Assembly: GCA_016432325.1 (NCBI GenBank)
Contig: CP066684.1
Coordinates: forward strand, 448,001-512,000
Reading direction: 5' to 3'
Source: Candidatus Aenigmatarchaeota archaeon
Lineage (GTDB): Archaea > Aenigmatarchaeota > Aenigmatarchaeia > PWEA01 > JACQIF01
DNA length: 64,000 nucleotides
Below are positions 16,515-24,821 of this stretch, in pieces. Each line of letters begins with the position of its first letter. Positions within the stretch are counted from its first letter, which is position 1. Below the pieces are notes generated by a model. It worked only from the letters and a program-made list of their open reading frames with translations. It made no database searches and was not told the origin of the DNA. The translations under genes and the position numbers were made by a program.

Positions 16515-17564
16515 ATGGCCATCGCATCGGCGCCCGGGAAAGCAATCTTGTTCGGCGAGCACTCCGTGGTATATCCGTCGCCATGGATGGATTCGCAGCC
16601 CCACAAGGCGCTGGCAGGCGCCATACAGGAACGGGTCTATGTCGAAGTCGTTCGGACAGATGACGGCGTGCTCAACGTCGGCACATCAATAGGCCTGCGC
16701 TGCACATCCCAGAAAAAAGAGCTCTACGAACTGGCTGTGAAGTTCAGAGAGGCGTTCGGAAGGCAGCCGCGAGACATTGCGGCCCTCAAGGCTCTTCACG
16801 AAAACGACGCGGATGGTCTGGCGCCGATAAAACTCATAGCGGCTCTGTCAGACATAGACGGCGCGCGCGTTTACGTGGGCAAGCCTCCAACAGCCGTCCC
16901 GGCCGGCGCGCACCTCGGCAGCAGCAGCGCGGCCTTCGCGGCTCTGGCCGGCGCTCTTCTCGAAACCAAGACCGCGTTCGATACGGGCAGTGTCAACGAG
17001 CTGACGCACGCCGGGGATGCGCTCGTTCTAGGAGCGCCTTCTGGCATCGACAACACCGTCGTCTCGTACGGCGGAGCGGTCCTGTATACGAAATCAGACC
17101 CTTCAGTGGCCGGACGCATCGACCGACTCAAAATAAACGGGCTGGAAATGGCCGTCGCGAACACAGGCATCGTGTCAAAAACAGGAGACATGGTTGCGAA
17201 GGTTCGCATGCGCCTGGAAGAGGACGCGAGCAAGATGGCCCTGATGGACCGGATAAACCAGATCGTGGCCGAAGGCTTTGACGCCCTGAACGGCGGGAAC
17301 CTGACGAAGATAGGACAGCTCATGAACCAGAACCACGATATCCTCTCGAAGTTCGGACTTTCGATACCGCAGATTGAGACGGCGCGCGCGGTAGCACTGA
17401 ACGCCGGCGCTTACGGAGCGAAAGGCACGGGCGCGTACGGAGGCGGCTGCGTCATCGCGGTGGCGGAGAATCCGCAGAAAATCGTCGACGCGTGGCGGGC
17501 GAAAGGACTGGACGCGTGGGTCACGAAATGGGGAGAAGCCGAAGGTGCGCGTGTCGAGGCCTGA
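16515..17564 (+). CDS. mvk: Mevalonate kinase (GHMP family)
   Basis: APGKAILFGEHSVVY, HLGSSSA, PSGIDN, AKGTGAYGGGC. Confidence 0.88.
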   Translation: MAIASAPGKAILFGEHSVVYPSPWMDSQPHKALAGAIQERVYVEVVRTDDGVLNVGTSIGLRCTSQKKELYELAVKFREAFGRQPRDIAALKALHENDADGLAPIKLIAALSDIDGARVYVGKPPTAVPAGAHLGSSSAAFAALAGALLETKTAFDTGSVNELTHAGDALVLGAPSGIDNTVVSYGGAVLYTKSDPSVAGRIDRLKINGLEMAVANTGIVSKTGDMVAKVRMRLEEDASKMALMDRINQIVAEGFDALNGGNLTKIGQLMNQNHDILSKFGLSIPQIETARAVALNAGAYGAKGTGAYGGGCVIAVAENPQKIVDAWRAKGLDAWVTKWGEAEGARVEA

Positions 17565-17600
17565 CCTTAATCTTAAATCCTTTCTTTTCTAACAACGCAT

Positions 17601-18632
17601 ATGAAAGCCACGGCCGTCGCTCCGTCGAATATCGCGTGGGTCAAGTACTGGGGACGCAGAAATGACGCGCTCGTCCTGCCGACGAACTCCAACTTCTCAA
17701 TGACATTCGGCCCGACAAAAACCAATCCGGAGGGTATGCACACGACAACGACAGTCGAATTCTCAGACGCGTTTGATATGGACACCGTAATCATAGACGG
17801 GAAGGAAGCGGACAGAAACGCATACGACCGCACTGTCGCGCACCTCAACATCATAAGAGGTTTGGCAGGCGTCAACTACAGATTCAAGATGGAATCACGA
17901 AACAACTTCCCATACGGAGCCGGCTTCGCTTCCAGCGCGTCCGGAGGCGCGGCCGAGGCGTACGCCGCGTCCGAAGCCCTGGGACTCAGGCTGAGCAAGG
18001 AGAAACTCTCCGTTCTCGCCAGACTATCGGGCTCCGGTTCTGCCGCACGCTCCGTGCACGGCGGATGGGTCATGTGGCAAAAGGGTGAACGCGAGGACGG
18101 CGAGGATTCTCACGCGATTCGGGTGTTCGATGAGAACCACTGGCCAGACGTGCGTGTGCTGGCGACTGTCCTCGACGACAAAGTGAAGGGAGTCCGCTCG
18201 GCAGAAGGAATGAAGGAGAGCGTCGAGAGTTGCCCGTTGTACGCGCTATGGCCGTCAACGGCCGAAAGCGACCTGAAGAGGCTCATACCGGCCATAGAGA
18301 GGCGCGACTTCAGCACGGCTGGACTTATAGCCGAATATAACTGCAGGGCGCTCCACGCCATAATGCTGGCGACGCGGGAAGGCCCGAAGGACAGGCCTCT
18401 GATATACTTTGCCCCCGAGACCATAGCGTTGATGAAGCAAGTCCACGCATGGCGCGCGGAAGGGCTCGAGGCGTACTACACCATCGACGCCGGGCCTAAC
18501 GTCAAGGTAATCTGCATGAAAGAAGACGAAGCGACCCTGACAGATAGGCTCAAGTCTCTTCCCTTCGTGAAGAACGTTATTCCGACTCAACCAGGGCCAG
18601 GAGCGAGGCTCGCGGATGAGCATCTGTTCTAG
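17601..18632 (+). CDS. mvaD: (Di)phosphomevalonate decarboxylase
   Basis: SNIAWVKYWG, GFASSASG, GSGSAARS, YTIDAGPN. Confidence 0.93.
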   Translation: MKATAVAPSNIAWVKYWGRRNDALVLPTNSNFSMTFGPTKTNPEGMHTTTTVEFSDAFDMDTVIIDGKEADRNAYDRTVAHLNIIRGLAGVNYRFKMESRNNFPYGAGFASSASGGAAEAYAASEALGLRLSKEKLSVLARLSGSGSAARSVHGGWVMWQKGEREDGEDSHAIRVFDENHWPDVRVLATVLDDKVKGVRSAEGMKESVESCPLYALWPSTAESDLKRLIPAIERRDFSTAGLIAEYNCRALHAIMLATREGPKDRPLIYFAPETIALMKQVHAWRAEGLEAYYTIDAGPNVKVICMKEDEATLTDRLKSLPFVKNVIPTQPGPGARLADEHLF

Positions 18633-18742
18633 CTCCCGGTCGATGTGTAGACGCGCGCCGCGACAAATCCGGGTTTCTTCTTCTCCACTTGGAATTTCTT
18701 CCCAAGATTCCGCACATCGATAACGACGTTCGACGTAGCCAT
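18629..18742 (-). pseudogene. N-terminal remnant of an ABC transporter ATP-binding gene
   Basis: MATSNVVIDVRNLGKKFQVEKKKPGF matches an ABC ATPase N-terminus but stops after 37 codons, before Walker A. Confidence 0.6.
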
Positions 18743-18924
18743 CTTTTTATTCGCCCTGTCGAAATGTGTGGGCGTGGGCTCATTTAAAGTTGTTGAAGAG
18801 GCTGGCGGAGTCGCGTGCGCATCGTGCACAAGCAACGATGTCGTTCTTCTGACAGTAATGCCCATTTCTCCGAAGCACGCCAAAGAACGCTACGAATACG
18901 GCTGCACGTCCTGCGGAGATACGT

Positions 18925-19437
18925 TCACGGTTTAGACACTCTGTAATGCAGTTGTATCAAGTTCTGGCCGAGTTTCTTCACGCCGAGCAATCTAAGCTTG
19001 GCCTCGAAGTTGTCGTCGGCGAACAATTTTACGCCGCGTCCGAAAACCAGAGGCTCCACGTCCAGTATTATTTCATATATCAACCCGGCCTTCATGAACG
19101 CGGCGTTCGCCACGCCTCCGCCTCCGATGAGCGCCGTTTTGAAACCCTTCTTTTTCAGAAGCGCGACTGCGGCCTTCGGGGTTTTGGCGTATGAAACACT
19201 ACGTTCGTCTTTTCTGTGCCTGCGCGTCAGGACGACGATGAAGGGGTTGCCGATTTTTTTGAGCAGGCGTTCATCGCTTTTCATTAGTTCGTAGGTTCTC
19301 CTGCCGATAATCAGGTTCCCGAATCTTTTAACTATCCTTGCGTAACTGTTCCATTCTTCTTTCGACCACGGCGTCTCGCCGTCGGGCTTGGCCACGTAGC
19401 CGTTGGCCGTCATGGCCATGTAGAGGATGAGCTTCAT
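18925..19437 (-). CDS. Dihydrofolate reductase family (RibD C-terminal-like) protein
   Basis: YMAMTANGYVA, IIGRRTYE, LIGGG, EPLVFGRGVKLF. Confidence 0.9.
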   Translation of the reverse strand: MKLILYMAMTANGYVAKPDGETPWSKEEWNSYARIVKRFGNLIIGRRTYELMKSDERLLKKIGNPFIVVLTRRHRKDERSVSYAKTPKAAVALLKKKGFKTALIGGGGVANAAFMKAGLIYEIILDVEPLVFGRGVKLFADDNFEAKLRLLGVKKLGQNLIQLHYRVSKP

Positions 19438-19518
19438 ACGTCTATTTCGCTACCCCGATATAAACACCCGCCTGTTATTTAGATTAACCACTCTCGGTGG
19501 TAGTACAGGCCGCGGTCC

Positions 19519-19638
19519 TTTCCACGCTTACCACCGTGTACGAGAACCAAAGGTTCTCGGCATGTCGGAAACGTTTGCGTTTCCGTACACGGTGCATGAA
19601 ACTGCCGTTTCATACCGCCTTTTCCACGCTTACCACCG
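19519..19638. repeat. Multi-hairpin element flanked by 18-bp perfect direct repeats
   Basis: tttccacgcttaccaccg at 19519-19536 and 19621-19638, enclosing three hairpins and an 11-bp outer stem. Confidence 0.85.
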
Positions 19639-19682
19639 CGGTGGTCGAAAAAGCTTGACATTCCCGGCGCACCATAAACGGC

Positions 19683-19907
19683 ATGGATGCGACGCAACGA
19701 CGCAGGAAGGTCCTTCTCAAGGCGTACGAGATGAACAACGGGCCGCAAAGCGGGGCGGCCCAGCTTACTCTGGACTACTACGCAGCGCTGAGCGCGCGAC
19801 CGCACGGCTACCACGGCCCTCCGGAATGCCTGCTGTTTGACGTCCATCCGACGATATACTATCCGGCTTTCGTGGCACAACACGCGAAGGCAAATCTTAT
19901 ATACTAG
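19683..19907 (+). CDS. Small hypothetical protein
   Basis: 74-aa ORF, no recognisable motif. Confidence 0.4.
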   Translation: MDATQRRRKVLLKAYEMNNGPQSGAAQLTLDYYAALSARPHGYHGPPECLLFDVHPTIYYPAFVAQHAKANLIY

Positions 19908-19937
19908 ATGTGATAAAATATGATACGTGATATAACT

Positions 19938-20138
19938 ATGGACGGTCTGGCGAGGACGCGAAAGGTCGGGGGATCGCTTGTCGTGACCATACCCAAGGAG
20001 ATAGTAAAGGAGGAAGGCCTGCGCGAGGGCGAACTCGTCAGGATAGACGTCAAGAGGCCTGTGACATCCGGTTTCGGCATCTTCAAAGGCGCGAAGCCTT
20101 TTTCCCAAAAGGAGGAGATGAAGTGGCATGACGTCTAA
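19938..20138 (+). CDS. vapB: AbrB/MazE-type antitoxin (VapB)
   Basis: RKVGGSLVVTIPKEIVKEEGLREGELV. Overlaps the PIN toxin gene. Confidence 0.9.
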   Translation: MDGLARTRKVGGSLVVTIPKEIVKEEGLREGELVRIDVKRPVTSGFGIFKGAKPFSQKEEMKWHDV

Positions 20139-20520
20139 GCTTGTCGTGGACACTCACGCGTGGATTGAGTACTTTCTCGGTTCCGAAGCGGGCGGTAAAG
20201 TGGCCGGTCTCGTCGAAAACGGCGGCCACGAGATTAGCACAAGCGTCATGACTATCGCCGAGATTACAAGCACGCTTAAGAGGCGCAACCTCGACGCGGA
20301 CAGGGCGCTGCGCACCGTCTTGAGCCTTTCCGGCGTCTTCCAGATAGACACCGAGTTTGCCGCAGAAGCCGGCGTTCTGCACGCGGATGTCAGAAAGGAC
20401 GTAAAAGATATTGGCCTCGCGGACATCTTCGTTCTGCTCACAGCGCGCAAGCTCGGCGCCAAGGTCGTGACAGGCGACCCTCATTTCAAGGGATTCAAGG
20501 AAGCGATGATGATAAGGTGA
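20128..20520 (+). CDS. vapC: PIN-domain toxin VapC
   Basis: VVDTHAWIEY, TIAEI, GLADIF, VTGDPHF. Confidence 0.93.
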   Translation: MTSKLVVDTHAWIEYFLGSEAGGKVAGLVENGGHEISTSVMTIAEITSTLKRRNLDADRALRTVLSLSGVFQIDTEFAAEAGVLHADVRKDVKDIGLADIFVLLTARKLGAKVVTGDPHFKGFKEAMMIR

Positions 20521-20527
20521 ATTCGCC

Positions 20528-21160
20528 TCAGCCGCGGGCTTCCAGCCGTTCCATCCTGTCAATCAACAGCTGTGACCAGCTCTCGAACTTCTCCTTCTCC
20601 CCTGTTAACTCGTGCGGCTGCATGAATCTCAGTTCCCCTATTCCGGCTTCCCGGCGCAGGGCGACCTTCGGCTCGTCTACTTCAAGTATCCAGACGGTTC
20701 CGAAATGCACCTTCCCCACCTCGTTTGAATCGTCGTTTATGAAGCAAACCAGTATCGGAGGCTTAAGCGGCCTGGCCTCGAGGCTTATTTCTTCCTCTAT
20801 CTCGCGCCATACGGCCTTGAGAAGGAATTCCGGTTTGTCCTTGGAACCCACCAGCGCCCTCTGTTCCAGGTCGCGGGCATTGACGTGGCCGCCTATGCCT
20901 ATGGAATGCTTGCTCTTGAGCCGCTCCTCCTGTCCGCGCGGCGTTCGCCTGTAGGCGAGGTAGCTTTTGCCGCACTTCACTATTGCGTACACGACTATCT
21001 GCTTCAGGCTGGCGTCTGTTTCGGCCTGGCTCCTCGGCACGAAACGGGTGCTTTCCTGGACCTGTTGCCAAAGGTCGCTGTCGTAGAATACGCTATCGTT
21101 GCGTCGCCCGATAAGGGAACTCGCGAAACACGCCACCATCTCTTCCAAATGCCCCACCAT
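20528..21160 (-). CDS. NUDIX-fold phosphoesterase (YmaB-like)
   Basis: AETD..LKQIVVY, EERL...SIGIGGHVN, REIEEEI, INDDSNEVGKVHFG, ESWSQ. Start uncertain. Confidence 0.85.
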   Translation of the reverse strand: MVGHLEEMVACFASSLIGRRNDSVFYDSDLWQQVQESTRFVPRSQAETDASLKQIVVYAIVKCGKSYLAYRRTPRGQEERLKSKHSIGIGGHVNARDLEQRALVGSKDKPEFLLKAVWREIEEEISLEARPLKPPILVCFINDDSNEVGKVHFGTVWILEVDEPKVALRREAGIGELRFMQPHELTGEKEKFESWSQLLIDRMERLEARG

Positions 21161-21283
21161 CGAAACGTTGAACAATCTGTTATATAATCTTACCTTCAGG
21201 ATTTGCTTGTCGCGGGCGACCACCGGCTTATATTAAACGGTGCCTTTATGGTAGCCGCTCTTGGGCGACTCGGTGTGGTATGG

Positions 21284-22075
21284 ATGAAAGGCCTTTACGT
21301 TCTCAAACTCGGCGGCTCGCTCGTTACTGACAAATCCTCGGCAGAACCGAAGCTGGCTCCTGACGCGCTGTTGAAGAGACTCTCGGCCGAGATACGCGAC
21401 TTCTGCGCGGACGGAGCGAGCCTTATCGTCGTGCACGGCGCGGGCTCTTACGGCCATCCTCTGGCGAAAAGCAGCGGCATACACGAAGGCATCAGGACCA
21501 AGGACCAGCTCGTGGCGTTCGCCGAAACCCAGAAGCAGGTGAACGAGCTTGCAGTCAACGTCGCCGGTTACCTCATCAGAGCCGGCGTTCCTGCGATGCC
21601 TGTTCAGGCGTCGGCCTCGGCCGTGATGAACTCGGGGAAGCTCGAAAAGATGGACGTTGACGTAATAAGAGATCTTCTCGACATCGGCATGGTCCCGCTT
21701 CTATACGGAGTACCTGCTTACGACAGAACGAACGGTTGTTCGATATTGTCAGGAGACGAGATAGCGCCTTACCTTGCCCGCGCGCTTCAGGCAAAACTCA
21801 TCGTCCACGCGTCCGATACAGACGGCATCTTCACCGCGGACCCGAGAAAGGACAAGAGCGCGACGCTCATAGAGCTTGTAACGCGCGACAACCTCGGCGA
21901 AGTGCGCAAGTCTCTTTCAGGCTCGTCGCACGTTGACGTGAGCGGCGGCGCGGAGCGCAAGGTCATGGAGCTCTTCAACTTCGGCGTCGAGTCGTGCATA
22001 GTCAACGGCTTCACCGAGGGCAACATATTGCGAGCACTGAGAGGCGAGCGCGTCGGGACGCGGATAGTTCCGTGA
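21284..22075 (+). CDS. ipk: Isopentenyl phosphate kinase
   Basis: LKLGGSLVTDK, VHGAGSYGHP (IPK-specific His), ILSGDEI, DVSGG. Confidence 0.92.
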   Translation: MKGLYVLKLGGSLVTDKSSAEPKLAPDALLKRLSAEIRDFCADGASLIVVHGAGSYGHPLAKSSGIHEGIRTKDQLVAFAETQKQVNELAVNVAGYLIRAGVPAMPVQASASAVMNSGKLEKMDVDVIRDLLDIGMVPLLYGVPAYDRTNGCSILSGDEIAPYLARALQAKLIVHASDTDGIFTADPRKDKSATLIELVTRDNLGEVRKSLSGSSHVDVSGGAERKVMELFNFGVESCIVNGFTEGNILRALRGERVGTRIVP

Positions 22076-22177
22076 GGTCGACGACGCAACGTTTCTGAAG
22101 ATTCTTATACTGTTTCCGCCCAATAGGCGCAGGCGAGCCTTTGCCCGACGGCGCCGCTCGTCCCGTTTGTGATACGC

Positions 22178-22957
22178 ATGTCCGGCGACATCATAGAGTT
22201 CATTTCCGAACACGGCGTGGAAATCGCTCTCGTATTGATAGGCCTCTGGGTCGTTTACTCCATATTCCAGCCCATAGACGTGTTCAACGAGGAACGTTCG
22301 GTCGAAGGGGCGGCGACGAACTTGACGAATGCGATTAACGAGGTTTACCTGTGCGGAACTGGACAGGGGAAGGAAGGGTGCGCGACGACAAAAGAGTTTA
22401 TCGTTTCGATGCCGCAGAAGAATGCTTTTGAAGGGGGTTCTAGGGATCCGAGATGGGTTGTTTATTGGAAGAGGGACCCTGCAAACGTACACGAACCGGG
22501 TGATACTAACCGAGTCGGCGGACCAGACGATGAATTCATTCGTGTAAGTACTCTTGCCTGTCAGGTTCAATTCCCGCCCGTTGCGGCCCAATGCGGTCCT
22601 GGGGGGACAAAGGGCGCATGTTACGGCGCATACGAAAGAGAGAATCTCGAACAGAAGCCTCTCGCCGCCGCCAAGGAGGAAAACTGGGACGGTGTCAGAA
22701 ACTTCTGGTTGGCCAGCCCTTGTTGGGCAAAGATGGAGGCCTACTGGGATGAAGGAAGGGAACAGGTCGGGTTAAGATTCGTTGAAAATCTGCGCCCCGA
22801 TGGAAAGTACAGCTACTGCTGTGACGAGAATCCTGAAGCCATTGCGGCGTTCTGTAAATTGGAGACATTTGAAAGCAACTGGCCAGAGAAAGGAAAAGCA
22901 TTCCAAGACGGCGGTAGGAGCAAAGAGCCGCTGAATGGCTGCGATTACACGGATTAG
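22178..22957 (+). CDS. N-terminally anchored, Cys-rich extracellular (pilin-like) protein
   Basis: TM helix, then helix NLTNAINEVYLC, and many cysteines. Confidence 0.7.
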   Translation: MSGDIIEFISEHGVEIALVLIGLWVVYSIFQPIDVFNEERSVEGAATNLTNAINEVYLCGTGQGKEGCATTKEFIVSMPQKNAFEGGSRDPRWVVYWKRDPANVHEPGDTNRVGGPDDEFIRVSTLACQVQFPPVAAQCGPGGTKGACYGAYERENLEQKPLAAAKEENWDGVRNFWLASPCWAKMEAYWDEGREQVGLRFVENLRPDGKYSYCCDENPEAIAAFCKLETFESNWPEKGKAFQDGGRSKEPLNGCDYTD

Positions 22958-23940
22958 CTATGGTCTTCGCATCCGTTGCTTTTTGCCCAAGCCTCACCTT
23001 GTCCAGAAGCAACATCGATAATTCTATTGACGTGCATAATGTCAACTCCCCTTCCACCCGGCTCTGGATATTTTTCATATGGATATTCGTCGGATATCAT
23101 AGACCTATCGACAATTACCTTCAGTAAATCCCCGTCGTGAAATGGTAGCGGCGAGCGTCTTTCGAGATTTTCTACCACGATCTGGGTATCGTAGCATTTG
23201 GATGGGGGGACGCCATGTCTCAAAACCATGTCCGAGTAACCTGCCCAGCCACAGTCCCATTTATCCGTGCTGCCTTCGTGGGGACCACAGTTCCCATCGC
23301 TGCGATAAATCGCAAACGTCATTATCTTCTCTCCAGTGATCGGCGCGAGCGCGCTCCCCAAGTCAGGCGCCTTCACTTCTCCGTGCCCTCCAAACGCACT
23401 GTACACGGCCGTCCCGCCTGCAGCCAGCAGCAACGTCGCCGCTCCGGCAAACAGCCCCTTGGTCATGTGCACCTGCGCGCTGTCGTTCATCAGGAAAGCG
23501 GGCTTGCGCGCGCGCTCCTCCTCGGTAAGCTCGATGTCCCAGATACGGCCAAGCGGGTCTTCGACGCCGTCGCCGTTGAGAACGCCCGGCTTCGCGCCGA
23601 ACTCTTCGCGCAGGTCTTCCATCATTTCGAGATGACTTAGCGTGTCTACGAGTCTATAGTAGATGTCAGGAAGTCCTCTTACGTCAGGCGACTCGTAGGC
23701 TTCGCGACCGAGTTCGTATTGTTTTACTCGGTTTCTCAGAGTTTCAGAACTTCGGATAACCGAACGGGCCTCTGCCCTCACGGCTTGGGAACGTTCTATG
23801 ACATCATCGATATATCCGTGATCGCCGAGAGTCGGATGAGAACGGACAATGTAGAGAGGCGACGCTCTCTTCGACAGCGGCACGTGGGGCCTTACGAACC
23901 TCGCCTCGTGCTGTATCCGCTTTGTCTGGTACTGTTGCAT
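22954..23940 (-). CDS. Single-pass membrane hypothetical protein
   Basis: Charged N-terminal half, TM LFAGAATLLLAAGGTAVYSAF, Cys-containing C-domain. Confidence 0.7.
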   Translation of the reverse strand: MQQYQTKRIQHEARFVRPHVPLSKRASPLYIVRSHPTLGDHGYIDDVIERSQAVRAEARSVIRSSETLRNRVKQYELGREAYESPDVRGLPDIYYRLVDTLSHLEMMEDLREEFGAKPGVLNGDGVEDPLGRIWDIELTEEERARKPAFLMNDSAQVHMTKGLFAGAATLLLAAGGTAVYSAFGGHGEVKAPDLGSALAPITGEKIMTFAIYRSDGNCGPHEGSTDKWDCGWAGYSDMVLRHGVPPSKCYDTQIVVENLERRSPLPFHDGDLLKVIVDRSMISDEYPYEKYPEPGGRGVDIMHVNRIIDVASGQGEAWAKSNGCEDHS

Positions 23941-24183
23941 AACGCCACCTTTACTACCGTTTGGTCGTCACCACCCACAGGGGACGCATATCCTACCTTA
24001 CTATGGGTGTAGGGGTATATATACGTTACCGACAGCGTCAATGACGTACGCGTCAACGGCGAACGACGTACACGGCTTTTTAAGGCCTCTTGAACAAAGT
24101 TGTCTGTACAGGGGGGTTGGAAATCTACGACTTAGCCGAAGCCCTCCAAAGCTTATAAGCGTGAGTGCGGAATAGGGTCTGGT

Positions 24184-24786
24184 ATGAAAGGGGACGTCGA
24201 ACTGGTGGTATTGATGAACAAGACGTTGATGACGTTTTTGGCTGTGTTGACGGTTGGACTATTGGTGAGCGGAGCCCGGGTTGCCGCAGACACCACGACA
24301 ATCTCGACCCCTCAGACTATATGGGACGATACTGTATACTTGATAGGGCCGAACGCGGACCCCGCGCCCATCCAAGCAAGCGCCGGTTCTGTGGCCGTAG
24401 CCACGCAAAAGGTCTACAATGGGATTACGATTCCAAGCCCCGCGACTACCGTGACGTACGATCCTGGTTCCAACACAACAAATACGACAACGGTCAGCTA
24501 TTTGGTGGAATTCGACGTAGAGTACCACGATGTTCCCGGACCCGCGATTGGAGGGCTTCCATGGACTAACCGGTTTGACATAATCGGCACCGTCAACGAT
24601 GTTGTAACATTCAACCCCGGTCCGCCAGCCGGGATAAGCGGATCCGCGAGCATTAGCGTCGCCCCGTTCACAACTGCCGGCACATACAAATTTACTTTCA
24701 CAGGCGAGCAGGGCATAACAAACTACCATGTTATAGTCCAGGTATGGAGAACCGTCACGACCGCAATTACGCCAGGACCGCCCTAG
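24184..24786 (+). CDS. Secreted Thr-rich beta-sandwich-like protein
   Basis: Signal peptide ending ARVAA-D. Start may be at the second Met. Confidence 0.7.
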   Translation: MKGDVELVVLMNKTLMTFLAVLTVGLLVSGARVAADTTTISTPQTIWDDTVYLIGPNADPAPIQASAGSVAVATQKVYNGITIPSPATTVTYDPGSNTTNTTTVSYLVEFDVEYHDVPGPAIGGLPWTNRFDIIGTVNDVVTFNPGPPAGISGSASISVAPFTTAGTYKFTFTGEQGITNYHVIVQVWRTVTTAITPGPP

Positions 24787-24821
24787 ACGGTAATATTAAG
24801 AAGGCCATTCTTCTGTAGACC

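Noticed and set aside
19519-19638. Possible tRNA or CRISPR repeat-spacer unit
   Set aside because: No T-loop or D-loop consensus, only two repeats, and the interval is itself palindromic.
24030-24072. Short gcgtcaa/gacgtac repeats in the divergent intergenic region
   Set aside because: Too short and irregular to distinguish from chance.
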